Shown here in pieces: positions 12,468-25,584 of a stretch of 64,000 nucleotides of DNA. Position 1 is the stretch's first letter, and each line of letters starts with the position of its first letter. The notes under the pieces are model-generated. The model did not search any database, was not told where the DNA came from, and saw nothing but the letters and a program-made list of their open reading frames with translations. The position numbers and the translations under genes were made by a program. This stretch comes from Utricularia gibba. Its lineage: Eukaryota > Plantae > Magnoliophyta. The stretch is taken from NCBI GenBank assembly GCA_002189035.1, contig CM007991.1:124001-188000 (forward strand), given 5' to 3'.

Positions 12468-13577
12468 TTAGCAGGCTTTCAACGGCGCACCGCAGAGGCA
12501 ATCGTTGCTTGCGAAGGACGACGGTCCCAGCCGGTCGAACGGCGATACCCTTGGAATGGGGCCGCAGAGATGGTTATGGCTCAGATCCATGTGTCCGATG
12601 TACCGTGCCGCCGACAGCGACCGAGGAATCGCGCCTTGTAAGTTGTTATGCGATAAATCGATGACGGTGAAGTATGTTTTGGGACCGAATACGTCTGGCA
12701 GGTGTCCTTCGAAGGAGTTCCGGCTTAAGTTGAGGATATTGATGCCGGAATTGGAGAATAATCCGGTGGGGATTTCGCCTGAGAGGTGGTTACTGTCGAG
12801 GTTTAGCGTTGAGAGGACGGGCATTGATCCGAATTGCGACGGAATGGGGCCGGAGAGAAGGTTCAATGACAGATCTACGTCGGCGAGGCGGTAGATCGAG
12901 GCGAGGGAGGAAGGGATGTGACCGGTGAGTTGGTTACGGTGGAGGAGGAATCGGCTCATCATTGTTAATTTTCCAATGTCGGATGGGATTTCACCGGTGA
13001 GGTGGTTGTTACTGAGTTCTAAGTGCATGAGGCTGTTGAGATTCACGATTGAGGGAGGAATCGTGCCCGAGATTTGGTTATCGGCGAGATTCAGCACAGT
13101 GAGGCGGCTGAGTTTGCCGATGTCGGCTGGGATTTTACCGGATATTTTGTTCCCGATCAAATCGAGAATCCTCAGGCGAGGCAGCGTGGTAATGCACTCC
13201 GGGATCTCGCCGGAAATCGCCTTCCAGTCTGCGATAACCAGCGTCGTGAGACGCTCGAGACCGCATACCGCCGGTGAAATCGAACCGGTCATGTAACCCG
13301 TACGGCCGGCGCGTTCGAAAATCTTATCCTCCGATTCCCCCCGTAGAACCACATCGGCAACCCGTTTCGTTTCCGGGTCGCAGCTGACGCCGTGCCAGTT
13401 GGTGCAGCATTCTTCTCCCTTCCAAGTGTCGAAAATCCCGAGGTAAGGTTCGTTGAGCGCCGCTCGGAAAGAGAGAAGCGCCGCCCTGTCAGACGGCTGG
13501 CAAGCCATCGCCGTCGTGGCGAAAAGCAAACCGACAGCGAACGCGGCGGCGCACAGGAAGTTACCGTTGGGCTGCAT
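12468..13577 (-). CDS. DRT100: Secreted LRR protein, DRT100/PGIP-like, intronless, 369 aa
   Basis: Signal peptide, LRRNT (SDRAALLSF...WKGEECCTNWHGVSCD), tandem plant LRRs (LxLxxNxLxGxIP) and C-terminal cap NDCLCGAPLKAC. Confidence 0.9.
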   Translation of the reverse strand: MQPNGNFLCAAAFAVGLLFATTAMACQPSDRAALLSFRAALNEPYLGIFDTWKGEECCTNWHGVSCDPETKRVADVVLRGESEDKIFERAGRTGYMTGSISPAVCGLERLTTLVIADWKAISGEIPECITTLPRLRILDLIGNKISGKIPADIGKLSRLTVLNLADNQISGTIPPSIVNLNSLMHLELSNNHLTGEIPSDIGKLTMMSRFLLHRNQLTGHIPSSLASIYRLADVDLSLNLLSGPIPSQFGSMPVLSTLNLDSNHLSGEIPTGLFSNSGINILNLSRNSFEGHLPDVFGPKTYFTVIDLSHNNLQGAIPRSLSAARYIGHMDLSHNHLCGPIPRVSPFDRLGPSSFASNDCLCGAPLKAC

Positions 13578-14908
13578 TTTTTTTTTTTTGTAGGTGGAGC
13601 GAAAATGAATGAAATTTGCGGTGGCCAGACACGGCCTTTTAAGTCGAGCGGGAGAAGCGGCGAAAGTCCAAAATACCCTCGAAATTTCCAACTTTCAGAG
13701 CACCGGCAAACGAACACGGGTTGTTTCCGTCATAAATTTGGATAGCGAAAGTCACGTGAATTTCTCCCCAACCATGAGACAGACAAGCAAACGGGTCTTT
13801 TTGTTTTGTTTTGGTAGCACGGTTTACATTTCTAAAACCATCCAGATTCTTGTAATAAATTCAAAAGACAAAAAAAAGGGTGAAGTTTTCTTTGATCAAC
13901 AAAAAAACAAAAAACAAAAAAAAAAGAAAAGTGAAAAATATTTGAAAGTGTTGTGAGGAGGGGGATACGTGATGCCTACAAAATTGGTGCATGATACCTT
14001 GTCCTGGGCCCGTCCCCTGGGTTTGGACAAGCAATGGTGTGTCTAAAGTGAAAGCGAGAGTCTGAATAGGACACGGCATTCTTGTATCCAACACGGACAT
14101 TCGGATATGTCTATTTTTCCTCCAAGTTTCTTTTTCTTTTTTTTTTTTTTTGTTCGGATGGATGGGATGGAAGGAATATCCTTGTGTGTGTGTTGACGTT
14201 GGAGCAGGAATGGTTTTCCTTTTGGGCCAAGAGAAAGGGACGACTCCCATTAGACCCATTGGGCCAAGTGAAGTGATGGCTGCACTGCACCACATGTTGA
14301 GGTACAGATGGGCTCAGTGATTACCCTACCAGTGCCACATGATTTAAATAATCCACACTTAAAGTCGGATTTGGATGAAGAAGCAGAAGAAGAAGATTCC
14401 CACGTCATCCCAGCTGCATTTTTTTATTAAATTCAATCATAAAATCTAATTTCCTTCAACTCAGCACATTGCTTGACTGAGATACAGTATACAGATTGTA
14501 TGGGACTCCCCGCCAACCCGATCCTAAACCCACTACAACAAATATTATTGATGGCTTTGCTTCCACGTAAGTGAGCACTCCACTCCCTACGTGGGCATCC
14601 CCATGGCCATGGATGACCTTATCAGACACAAAATGAAAAGAATTACCACGTCAATCAATCATGTCTAAAAATGGGAAGGAAGCCGGCCGCCCCTTCATCA
14701 TCATCATCATTCCGCTTTCTAAAAAAGTAAAAAAGGAGAAGCGCAATTATGGGGTGAGTGAGTACGCACGTCGGCCCTTACATTCTTTCTTTACGGATCC
14801 ATTTGGACTCGAATTAAAAGTTTTTATTACAAAAGCGGGCGGTTGCGCTGTTGCATGGGGAGCACCTTCATGCATGCGTTGCGTCCTAATCCTGCATCTT
14901 GTGCACCC

Positions 14909-14956
14909 ACTAATACTAATACTAATACTAATACTAATACTAATACTAATACTAAT
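14909..14956. repeat. (ACTAAT)8 microsatellite
   Basis: Eight perfect hexamer copies read directly. Confidence 0.95.
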
Positions 14957-14996
14957 GGGTTGGGTGTGTGTCGGTGCAGGGTGCACCATTACCCTT

Positions 14997-15024
14997 TTAA
15001 TTAATTAATTAATTAATTAATTAA
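14997..15024. repeat. (TTAA)7 self-complementary microsatellite
   Basis: Seven perfect copies read directly. Confidence 0.93.
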
Positions 15025-17020
15025 TATAATTCAACCCACTTTCTTTTTTTTACAGCCTGGCTCCGAAAGAGGAGCCATTTTCACAATCAACACCCGGAAT
15101 TGACAACAAACAGTATCATCAACCAACCCCCCGCCATCCCCATGCTCCCTAATCACCCTCTTCTCTCGTGTTTATCAGAAAGAAAGAGTAAAAGGGAAGG
15201 GGAGGGGAGGCCAATTTTACTTTACTTTCCTCTACACAGTAATTAATTAAATTTAAATTAACTCAATTAATGCTGCTCTCCCGTAGGGCGTTGATCTCGG
15301 ATGCTATCTTTTGACTCTTTTTTTTTTTTTTCATGTTGGTAGGCAAATTAGGGGAGGGAGCTGGGGGAGTTCCCAGCTTCCCGAGTCATGATTATATCAC
15401 AACCTTCATGCTGTGTGGTTTTTTGATAATAAAAATGAAATGGTTACAGGAAACCGTGTTCCATGGAAAAAATAATGTTACAATGCCGTTGAGGAGGGAA
15501 GTGTCGCTCTCCATGCATGCATCATCCTCCAATACGACGGCATGGGCATCCTCCTCCCCCCAATGTGTCCCCATCCCCCATCTGCCCCGCCCCGGCCTCA
15601 AGACAGTGAGGCGTACTGCCCATGGGCATGCTGGTCATTTCACACCCTCCTGGTTCCACCCACCCGCCAGACCTCGCGAGGTTTGGGGAAGAAAGCGGGG
15701 ATGGGAATTTACGAAATGGCACCTACCGGGGAGGGGGCCACTCTGAGCTTAGATTCTGTTTTCGCTGTCGTTTACTTTGGAGAGTTAGGAGGGAGAGTAG
15801 GCTGGCGCACACGATCGCAATAATGAATGATATTCGCGACTGGGAGTGGGAGGGGAGGTAACCATGACGATTCATCCATCCCGATTATCAGAAGAGAAAC
15901 GGGTCCATGGATCGGGAGGGAAGAGTGGTGGTGGTTCTTGGCCAAGCCGGAAAATTGGGGTAATCAATGCTCGCAATTACATTGCTTTGACTGCGGGGCG
16001 GGGGTTTAGGAAATAATTAATCCTAGGGACTCAGTTGTGTCTTCTCCAGGATGAAGCCCCGACCTGTTGAGCATTCTCGGCAGATTCACAAGATCCCCGC
16101 CTGCGCCTCCCCTCATTCACATACTCCTTTTTCTCTTTCTCAAAAAGTGAAGCGCATCATCGCCGCACGTGCCAATTTTCGCATTTGGTCGTTGCCTGTT
16201 GCCCTGTTTCTGGAATGGCTACAAATATAGTGAGTGATCAACGGACCATGGAAAACAAAAATTACTCGTTTAACTAGTGTGTAAGTGTTTGGTCAGAATC
16301 TAAATAATATAAGGGTTTTTTTTGAATGATCGGAATCCATATTTATAACACAAAACAAACTTTGTTAAGAATTGGAGCAAATTGTCGGAAGTGAAGCAGC
16401 ATATTTCATATTAAAAGAAAATTGTTCATTTTGCAATATGGAATAGGTGTGTAGTTGAGGAGTTAGTCCCCAGCCCAACGCCCTACAAAATGTATGTATT
16501 GTGTAGTTTAGCGCCATACACGAAAATACAGACAGGCTGGCCCCGTCCTCCTCCACCTCCGATCCTATGATTGTGTGACCGTATGAATGTATGCCGGCCG
16601 GCAGGAGGTGGGTAGAGGAAATTTAATGGAGACTGGAGGGGTGATTCAGTAAATTCCAGTGGACCCTGAAATGTCGGTACCCGAGCTTGGATGTGTGCCT
16701 CTTCCCCTGTGTTGTGTTGTTATATAAGAGGAAAGGGAAGGCAGTGATTGGGAAGCACAGGTTGGTTGGGTTCAGCGCGTTTGCCATTTTTTGACACCTG
16801 TGAGTGGAGTGTACTCTACTCGCAACCCCCATTCATTTAGCGCTCCTCCTCCGACGGCGATTCCAACACCCTAATAAGGAAACACTTTTTTTTTATCTAC
16901 TTTTGTTGTCTCTCGGCTTTTGGGGAAGATCCCATCTCCCTTTTTCTCCTGTCCGAATCTTGTATTCCATGTTTTCGCCTTTTTGAGAAGGCGTTTTTTT
17001 GTCTTTTTTTTTTTTCGATT

Positions 17021-18920
17021 ATGTTCAGTTTGGGGACGGTAGCCGGAGATATGAGTAACAGTAGTAGCTTCGGTGGGAGCCAGAGTTCGAAGCATATGGA
17101 GATGGAGTTTGCTAAGAGTAGAGAGTTTATGGGGTCGGATTTTTTCCACCAGAGTCCAGGTTTGGCCCGGTATCGATCCGCCCCAAGTTCGTTTCTTGGA
17201 GCACTTTTGGATTCACCGGCGGATAACAGCAGCAGCGGCGATGAATCTGACGCTGCTCTGTTATCTTCGATTTGGACTGGGCCCGAGATTTGAATCACAA
17301 GGTTGGAGGAGTAGGGAGCGATGATTCTCAGTATCATATGAAGCAGGAAATCGGAGCCGCGTCTGGTTTGAGTAGCTATGAAACTACGCCGGCCGTCTGC
17401 AGCGGTGGGACGGTTCTTGGTTCCGATTCTGTTGGATTCGAGGCTCAAGTTCAAGTCCGATTGAATGGTGGAAACGGGATCACCGGATCACATCTCATCA
17501 GGCAGAGCAGTTCCCCTGCTGGATTCTTTAATGGTAATAATTGTTTGCTCTGAATTTAAGAAGAGTCGAGACAACTTTTTGAAAAAGTATTCGCTTTTTT
17601 TCGTGAAGAAATTCACTTTCCAATCTTTTCTCCCTTTTTCTCTTTTCTTGAATTTACAGGCTGTTGTTTTCGGGCCCCTTTCTTTGCCTCATTTTCCAAT
17701 GATTTCTTCTTACTCGAATATGAGCATCTGCGACCGTCCGTAGGGAGTCCAAAAAAAAAAAAAAAAACTTTGTTTTTTTGTGAATGGAGATACTGTAAAA
17801 ATGGTGGCTTTTTTGCCGTTTACAGTCTCACCATTGCCTTGGGTTGGGCGACAGAGATTCTATTTGCTTAATTCCAGACAGATTCACCAACCATTCCATT
17901 ATGTGCTCTGATGGGTTCATTTATGTGGCGAGTGTGTACTGTTTGTTGAAACTTGCTCTTTGCATCAGGATTTGGCGTGAGCAGCAGCCACCTGAGCTTC
18001 TCCTCCTCTGCTGCGTCTTCCAGTCCGAGAATGATGCCCAGCATACCGGAGAACGGCCACACTGATGCTTCCGAAAGGAACGGTGCTTACTCCCATGAAG
18101 CATGGAGTGACTCCATGATCGGTGAATTGAAGAGAGGCCGTGATGGGCATTTGAAGATGTTCTCCGCTCTCAATGAAATGCAGAGTCAGGTGAGAATGCC
18201 TTAGTCGCTTGGTTTACTCTGTTTCCTCTTGTTTGTCTCTATACCCCATGGCGGCAACTCTACTCTGCAGCAGTATGGGGAAACTTTCAAGAGTTTAACA
18301 CACCATCTGAGCTTGCCAAGAGCTTTGAACGAAAGAGGAGAACCAGAAAAGTTCAAGTTTCTACAGTTTCAACCAGACGTCGTCCCCTGCCAAATACGAG
18401 CTAAGAGAGGCTGCGCGACGCACCCCCGGAGCATCGCCGAAAGGGTAAACCCAATCCCCATCCAGCTCTGAGTTCCTTGATCACCCTTTTTCCACACAAG
18501 TCTGTTCGAATTTTCAGATGAGGAGAACGAGAATCAGCGAGCGGATGAAGAAGCTGCAGGAGCTTTTCCCCAACATGGACAAGGTAAAAGTCCACATCTG
18601 GAGCCAGAAGCATTTTCCCCCTTCCCCGACGGCTTTGGCAGAGCTTCGCAAATCTAACCTAATCTTACTGCAGCAAACGAGCACAGCTGACATGCTGGAT
18701 TTGGCAGTTGAATACATTAAAGACCTTCAGCGGCAAGTTCAGGTAATAAAACCGTCTCCCAGACTCCAGAGCGCACCTCTCTCTCTCATGTGGGATTGCC
18801 CGTCCCTCGCTCATCTCCTTCTCTTACATCTGATTTATTCTGCAGACCCTGTCCGAAGCGAAGGCCCGGTGTGTCTGTTCATCGGCGAAGACGACGGCGG
18901 AGACTAGCAAGGGGAAGTGA
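17021..18920 (+). CDS. bHLH transcription factor, FBH/AKS (bHLH122/130) type, with an apparent frameshift near 17270
   Basis: GLARYRSAPSSFL motif, LIRQSSSPAGFF, LTHHLSLP, and spliced bHLH IRAKRGCATHPRSIAER|MRRTRISERMKKLQELFPNMDK|QTSTADMLDLAVEYIKDLQ. Exon 1 changes frame once. Confidence 0.88.
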
Positions 18921-20020
18921 AACCAAGGTCGGAGAGAGAATCTTCACCAGTCTCCATGAATAAACAAACATGTATATTTCGTTTCAGTATGCCGGAAACA
19001 TAAGTTAACAAAATGCTGAGTAACATAATTCAATCACTATTCGTTCCCACATATAAATATAAATTTGGGACCCTAACTCTTGCAAGTGAAGGGTAATTGA
19101 AAATTTAACATAATTAATTTTTAAATTAGGTAGAAATTTGATTTTCATAATTTATATTACTTAATAGTAATATTCAATTATTTAAAGATTTATAAAATTT
19201 AATATCAAATTAATACTACCTGATTTTTTAAATATTGTATATTAATTATGTTGATGTTCAAATTATATTGGTGATTGAGGCGCATTTTTTTGTGCAAGTA
19301 AATGTTTTCAAAAAATGTTATAACAACAATGCGTTTGCAGACCATACTATTTCGTTTGTACGGCTTCGCACTCACTCCCGATCCTCCTTTTTTTCCCTCT
19401 TGTTAAAGAGCTGAAGAGGGACCCACCCACACAGCTCAGCTCCTCGAGCCTCCTGATAATTAAAGTATTTGCAGCATTTAGAAAAAAATGCCATGGTCTG
19501 CACTGTTGGGCACACCTGGGAATCATGTATTATTCCATTTTATGTTTTAATGTCAAATATGGATTCGCACCATAGTGTACGAAAGATGCATTGGGTGTCT
19601 GAAACGAGTATCACGATTATAAAGCACCAAAAAAATTAGAAAATGAAGGAGATATTTTCCCAAATTTCAAGTAAAGCCGAAAAGCTATTTATGAAATTGA
19701 AGACGCTATAAAAATAAAAGAAAGAAAAGAAAAGAACGACATACGCCGCGCTGATGGATTACAGGCCCCACATTTAACGAAATTCAATAAACTAATTGGC
19801 GTCCGGCGCTTCCACTCGCGCACAGTGCGAACCCTCGGAAATTGCAGAGATCCAAATTTGCGTTGCCGATTAATCAATAGCGTCCTCCCGCGGTGGTTCC
19901 TCCTATCTGGTGTTGCTCTTGTGATCGATTGTCGACTATTCCCGTAAGCGAAAGCCTTTTTTTCTGGTTGAGGTTCAATCGAGCGGCCGAATTTCTGAAT
20001 TCGGTCTGCGCATGTTGGCT

Positions 20021-22713
20021 ATGGATTACGGTACATACGATAGCAGCGGTAAGTTAATTCGGTTTAGGGATTCTATTTCTTTGATAAAACTGGGGTGTTT
20101 GTGGTTGCGTATTGTGCAGATTCTTGGGCAATACTTGTTTTAGGGTTTGTGAGGTTGTTTAGGTTTTGTTGGTGGTGGTGTTTCTCTCATCGGGATTGTA
20201 ATGGCATTGACGACGTTTGTCAAGAGCATCATCACTTGAATGTCGCTTTGCTCAAGTTTTTTTCCTGCAGCTGTATTGGTCTTATTCATTTGAAGTGTTT
20301 CGCCGTTTAATTGTTTGATGCTCGAAACTTTTTTACTGGTTGATTGCTGGAGTGTGTCAGAATATAGAGAGGTCCAGTTACTTGTAGGTTAATTTTTCAT
20401 ATTTGTGGTAGGCGATATTTGGGATTATTGCAAGATAGTGACTTGATCTTGTTCTTCATGCGTTGCACCTGGTATAAGGTATTTATATCCCATGCAATGG
20501 AATCGTTTGCTGGGATTAGCTACATGAATTTAATTGCATCATCCCCTGTTGAATTCGGTTGGATTGGTTGCAGGAACTGATGATGATTTACCCCCACCAC
20601 ATCAGAGTAGGGTGTCCAGAGCTGGCCGACTTTCTGGAAATGGAAGGTCCGCGGCTATGGGTTCAATGCCATACGCAAGAATGTATGAGGAAACTGAGAT
20701 GGAGACGAGAATTCATCAACTTGAGCAAGAAGCATACAGTTCCATTCTAAGAGCATTTAAAGCGCAAGCCGATGCTATTTCTTGGGTACGCACTTTGCAT
20801 GTGCATTCTGTTTCTGGTAGTGATAATCAACAATGAGATGTGTTATCCCCAGGAGAAGGAAGATTTGATAACTGAGCTTAGAAGGGAGTTGAGAGTGTCA
20901 AATGAAGAGCACAGGGAAATTCTCGGTAGGGTTAATGCCGATGGAACAATCCAAAGCATAAGGTTGTGTGCGTAGATCCAGCATTGATTACCAATTCTCT
21001 GCCTTTATGTTAAAAATGTTCTAAAATTCATTGCCCTTGGTTGGAAAAAAAAATTGAAACCTCTATCAGGGAGTGGAGACAATCTTTTGGGCTTCAACCT
21101 GGACTGTATGGTGCCGGTCAAGTCGGTAAAACCGTCCAAGAGCCCGTGCCCAGTTCCTCTATCTCAGCTTCGCGTAAGAAACAGAAGATAGCTCCCCTGC
21201 CTTCACAATCCTTTCATGCCCCATCCCCTTCTTTCCATCCAGAGCCGATGGCTGCAGCAAATCAGCCATCCTCATCCACGGGAAAGCGTGGGCCCTTGAT
21301 GGGAGTTAAAGGAAAAAAGCAAAAAGCTGTGAGTATGAATTCGTGTACACAAGTTCCATGTTTGGTCGCCTGTGATAGGGATTTTGCTCATCCGTTCGTT
21401 TTTGTGAAGATCCCTATAGGGGCCCCGGCTGTCAAAGTGCAGCATCCTAATGGTCCATCCGGAAGAGGCCAACTTGGGCAGCGTATTCCAGCTGGTGGCC
21501 ATGCAATGGAACCTGCTGAAGGAGCACTATTTGATCCTTTGATTGGTCGGAAAGTGCGGACCAGGTGGCCTGATGATAATAATTTTTATGAGGCTGTGAT
21601 TACAGATTATAATCCCGTGGAGGTAAACACAATTTACCTCATGCGTTCTGAGTACCAAAATTTAATCGTTATGGCTGTGCTACTTTTTCCAGGGTCGTCA
21701 TTTTCTTGTCTATGATATGGGTACTGCCAATGAAACTTGGGAATGGGTCAATCTTTCTGAGGTAACTATGTTTGGAATATGGTCACTCGAAGAGCAAGCC
21801 TTATGCTAAATATAATCGATGCATGTATAGTGGGTACTCGACATGGTTAAATTTAAGTCTCTTTTGTACTAGAAACCATTGATTCTCGTATAAAGATCTC
21901 TTAAAATACTCTTAACTTTGCTACTGCCCTACAGATTTCACCCGAAGACCTGCAGTGGGAAGGTGAAGATCCTGGAATTTCCCATCGTGGAGGTTATGTT
22001 GGATCTGAGCTCGGAAAGAATAGACCTCTAGGACGAGGCAGTGCTCCAGGGGTTGGGCGAGGAAGAGGATTAGCGAAATTTCAGTCAAGAAAGGAGTTAC
22101 CGTCACAGAATGGCATTGGAAAGAAAGGGCCTGATGACATCCAATTGCTTCACACCGACACTCTAATAAAGGAGGTAAAACGCTGGTTAATGATGTGTCT
22201 GCTATGGCATGCATCATTTGATGTGCATCGTTGTTTGCTGGCAGATAGAGAGGTTATTTAGTGCAAATCACCCTGACCCTGTTGAGATCGAGAAAGCCAA
22301 GCTGATGCTGAAGGTCGTCGCATACATAATCTAGACACGTTTGTTGACTGTAATTTTGCTTGCCCGTCATATATTAACATTTTTTGAAACTTTTGGAGAA
22401 ACAGGATCACGAGCAAGCTCTGACCGAGGCCATTGCGAGGCTGGAGGACTTCTCCGATGGTGAAAGTGGTACGTACTCAGCTTTCGATTTGGTCGTGAAG
22501 TAACTGACTTTCTGTGTGGATGCAATTGCTGAGCTGAGGCGCTTGCCTGTCTGCCTTGTCAATTTTTCTTGACAGAGACACAGACAACTCATCCCAATTA
22601 ACCAAAAAAAATGACGGGAAGTATGGACAGAAGGGAGCCATTTTGTAGATGGAATCGGATTGCATGGCAGTAAGATCCTTGATGATAGGCGTTGTTGTAT
22701 TCTTCCAGGGTAA
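20021..22713 (+). CDS. EML: EMSY-like protein (ENT + Agenet/Tudor)
   Basis: MDYGTYDSS|[11 protein letters not shown] start, ENT domain [25 protein letters not shown]|[16 protein letters not shown], Agenet [28 protein letters not shown]|GRHFLVYD. The terminal exon is uncertain. Confidence 0.9.
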
Positions 22714-23559
22714 TGGCGAAGCAGCAAGCAGTTCCAGTCCCTGGTGTTAGACCATCCATAGCAAGTTACTTGAGAACATTCTTTGCAGCTGGTTGTAGGC
22801 CAGCCACCATGGTTCCAGTATCAGAGAAAAATCTTTTCGTTCTGTATAATAATATATCTATCTTGTCATCCCGTTTACTCTCGCTGTTCCAGGTTGTGGG
22901 TGAGGTGATGAAATGCAATCAATGTGAGGAGCAGGGAGTGGGGGCGGGGCCGACAATTCATAAATAGGCCCCCACCCACCGGATCCCTCTGAAGTCTCCT
23001 TTTTGCCGACGCCCCACACCTCACTGGTTTGACATTTTTACCAAACTCCTCCTCATCATCCTGATCATCATTCATTGTAACAATTGTTTTACTTCATATG
23101 CATTCTTAATCATTGATGTTGCTGATTGGAATTTGTAAGTGGTGAGCCCCACCCACTCCATTCAAGTCCAACATTCCACCAATTCCTTTGCATTAATGGC
23201 GTTTGCACACCCCACCTCATCTTTGAGAAATGAGAAGCCCATGGAGATGTGATGTGCTCTTCTTTTCATCGATCCCTATGCCATGTGACTCCTCAATGTC
23301 AAGCTTAGAAAATCATGATGTCATGAATGAGAGCAACTGCTCATCTAACTTTCTGGTGCATCTGTTTTGATAGGTTTCCAAGTGCCGCTGCACTTAGAAC
23401 GGAGATTGGCGCGCGCTTTTTTGATAGCACAATATAAAGCATTTAACAAAAATGGTTTTAAAAAATATGGGATTTTGCAGGACCGCATCGGGAGACATCC
23501 TGAGAAAAAAAAAAAATCTGACTTTCTCCACCATATGGATGATGTGTTCCCTTGCTGCA

Positions 23560-24606
23560 TCAAGTTGCAGCAGCGTGATTCCTCGGCGCCGCCGGGAAAA
23601 ATCTCGGCCTCGAATCCCTCTCCGCGGCGGAGGAAGACGGCGCCACACGCTCACACGACGGACACATCGTCAGCGTCGTCGCCGGAGCCTGCATGTAAAA
23701 TGGGGCGGCCCTTTTTAAAGCTCTCAGCTCCTGGACTTCCTTTTGGAGCCGCCGATTTTCCTCCGTCAGCGCGTCGAAGCACCGTTTCAGATACTCGCAG
23801 TCTACCTCCGTTTGCCTCAGCTTCGTCCTGAGAATTCGAATTCGTTACTTAAACCCGAGACTGATCACCGCCAAAAGATTTGTAGCGAATGGCGGGTAAA
23901 TTTTGCACCTTGCTCTTCTGTTCTGGAACCAAACTTCGACTTGTCGTGGTCGCAGATTGAGATGAGCAGCAAGCGCAAGCTTCTGTTTCTGTTGAAAAAA
24001 TGGCGGTTGGATAAAAACCCTGGAAAGGAAAATTTGTTGGGGAATTTACAGGAACTCACAGGATTCAGAGTACTGTGTTCTTTGAAGCTTTCCTCTAGAT
24101 ACGCAGATTGTTCTTTCGATAACCGGAGTTTCTTTCTAGCATTTGCGTTTTCGTCGTCGTCGCTGCCTCTCTCACCCTCCACCGCAGTGCTGCCGCCGCC
24201 TCCCGATCTGTTCGCAGACGATGCATCCTCCACCGCTACCGCCGTCGCCGGATTTTTATTTCCCGATGACCCATACTCCAACTCCCTTCAAAAGCACCCG
24301 CCTTTTCTAAGCTACACATACAGTAAAGAAAAGAATTCGGGGGACAGATTTGATTGATTCGATTACCATTTTCACGACGAGGAGAACTCCTGCGAGGAAG
24401 AAGACCCAACTGCAAGACGGGAGCTTCACCGTCCCCCTCCAACGCGGGATCATCCTCATCAACGAGGATTCGCCGGCGCGCTCAAAGCGATGGCCCAAAT
24501 CCATACACGGATCGAAAGCGGAGCTTGCCTGGGTAATGGGTCTGTCCTGCAGAGAACCCAATTGGACTCTGGAGCAGTCCCCTCCTAAGGTCAAGTCGAG
24601 CTCCAT
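23560..24606 (-). CDS. HD-Zip class II transcription factor (HAT14/HOX11-like), with an N-terminal frame problem
   Basis: [11 protein letters not shown]-like start, homeodomain [26 protein letters not shown]|[27 protein letters not shown], leucine zipper and CPSCE motif. Confidence 0.9.
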
Positions 24607-25584
24607 CAATGGCGGCGGAGGAACAGAAACAGGGGATCTCTTGCTGCGTTACGTTGTTGTTGTCGTTGTGGTTTTTAAAGAAGTGAGAGAGGAAAGGGAA
24701 CAAGGATGAGACAAGACAAGCAGTAGGAGGAAGAGGAGTAAAGACGGCGATATTGAATTCTCTGGTCTATCGAGAAGTTCAGAGTTCAACCAACACAAAT
24801 ATCATCTCCACAAAAGCCAACGCCAAAAGCCTTCTGCACTATTTTCTCTGCAAAGTGCGGAAGACTCGTCATTGTGGATCAAAGAAAACATCAGAAGAAG
24901 AAGATGGGTGTTTTCCTTCCAAAGTTCATCCAAAAGCCATTGTGTCCTGAGAGCGACAAATGAAGAAACATCAATCATTGCAATGCGACAAGAGACACCA
25001 CACGTGAACTCCCCACGTTCATAATACATTTTAAGATCAGTTCAAGAGATAAGAGTTAACTGCTGCTAGCTGCAAGTGGAGTGCACTAACAAGCAGAATA
25101 AACTCTCTCCTGATCAGGAACAGAGCCAACGAATCAACGATTGTATACCGTACACCCACAGAAGTTACAAGCCCGGCTGAGCTGCTCCGGATCAAATTCC
25201 TTGTCTGGTTACATATGAGCTTCGAGTATTTGGAATAGCAATGCAGGCCCATGTTGCTTTGGAAGGGCTTCTCCTCATTTGCATCAACGGCTTCTGCAAG
25301 CCCAACGCTGTACTGAAACTATCCTGGCTTTCCAATGCATTCAAACACATAGAAATCACACATCTTACATGACTGACACACATTCTACTCTCAGCAAACG
25401 CCATTGACGCCCATAATGTAAAGTTCCACGTTTCCTTTTCTTCTTCTAGAGTCTGAAACGTACGAGTTCCGAGAAGCCCTCGCATCAAAGCTCTGCGCTT
25501 CCTGGACCTCGCTCAAAAAATGAGACCTTAATTCTGGCACTCTCTCGATTTTTCGCTTTTTTTTTTTACCCTCGACTTATTCCG

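Noticed and set aside
12505-13745. Long antisense and alternative-frame ORFs over DRT100 (also over NPH3, ATL4 and the RING repeat)
   Set aside because: Expected shadow ORFs of GC-rich coding sequence, with no independent motifs.
14661-15861. Several 66-137 aa ORFs in the DRT100-bHLH intergenic region
   Set aside because: Driven by microsatellites and G/C tracts (e.g. ILILIL), with no family motifs.
16700-16750. TGCCTCTTCCC partial match to miR408 with a nearby GGGAAGGCA
   Set aside because: Only about 11 nt match, pairing is poor and the arm order is wrong for a miR408 precursor.
24770-25500. Minus-strand ORFs (98, 71 and 75 aa) with one GTAAG...CAG intron-like pair between HD-Zip and B3
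   Set aside because: No recognisable domain or coherent gene model. It could be promoter DNA or antisense noise.
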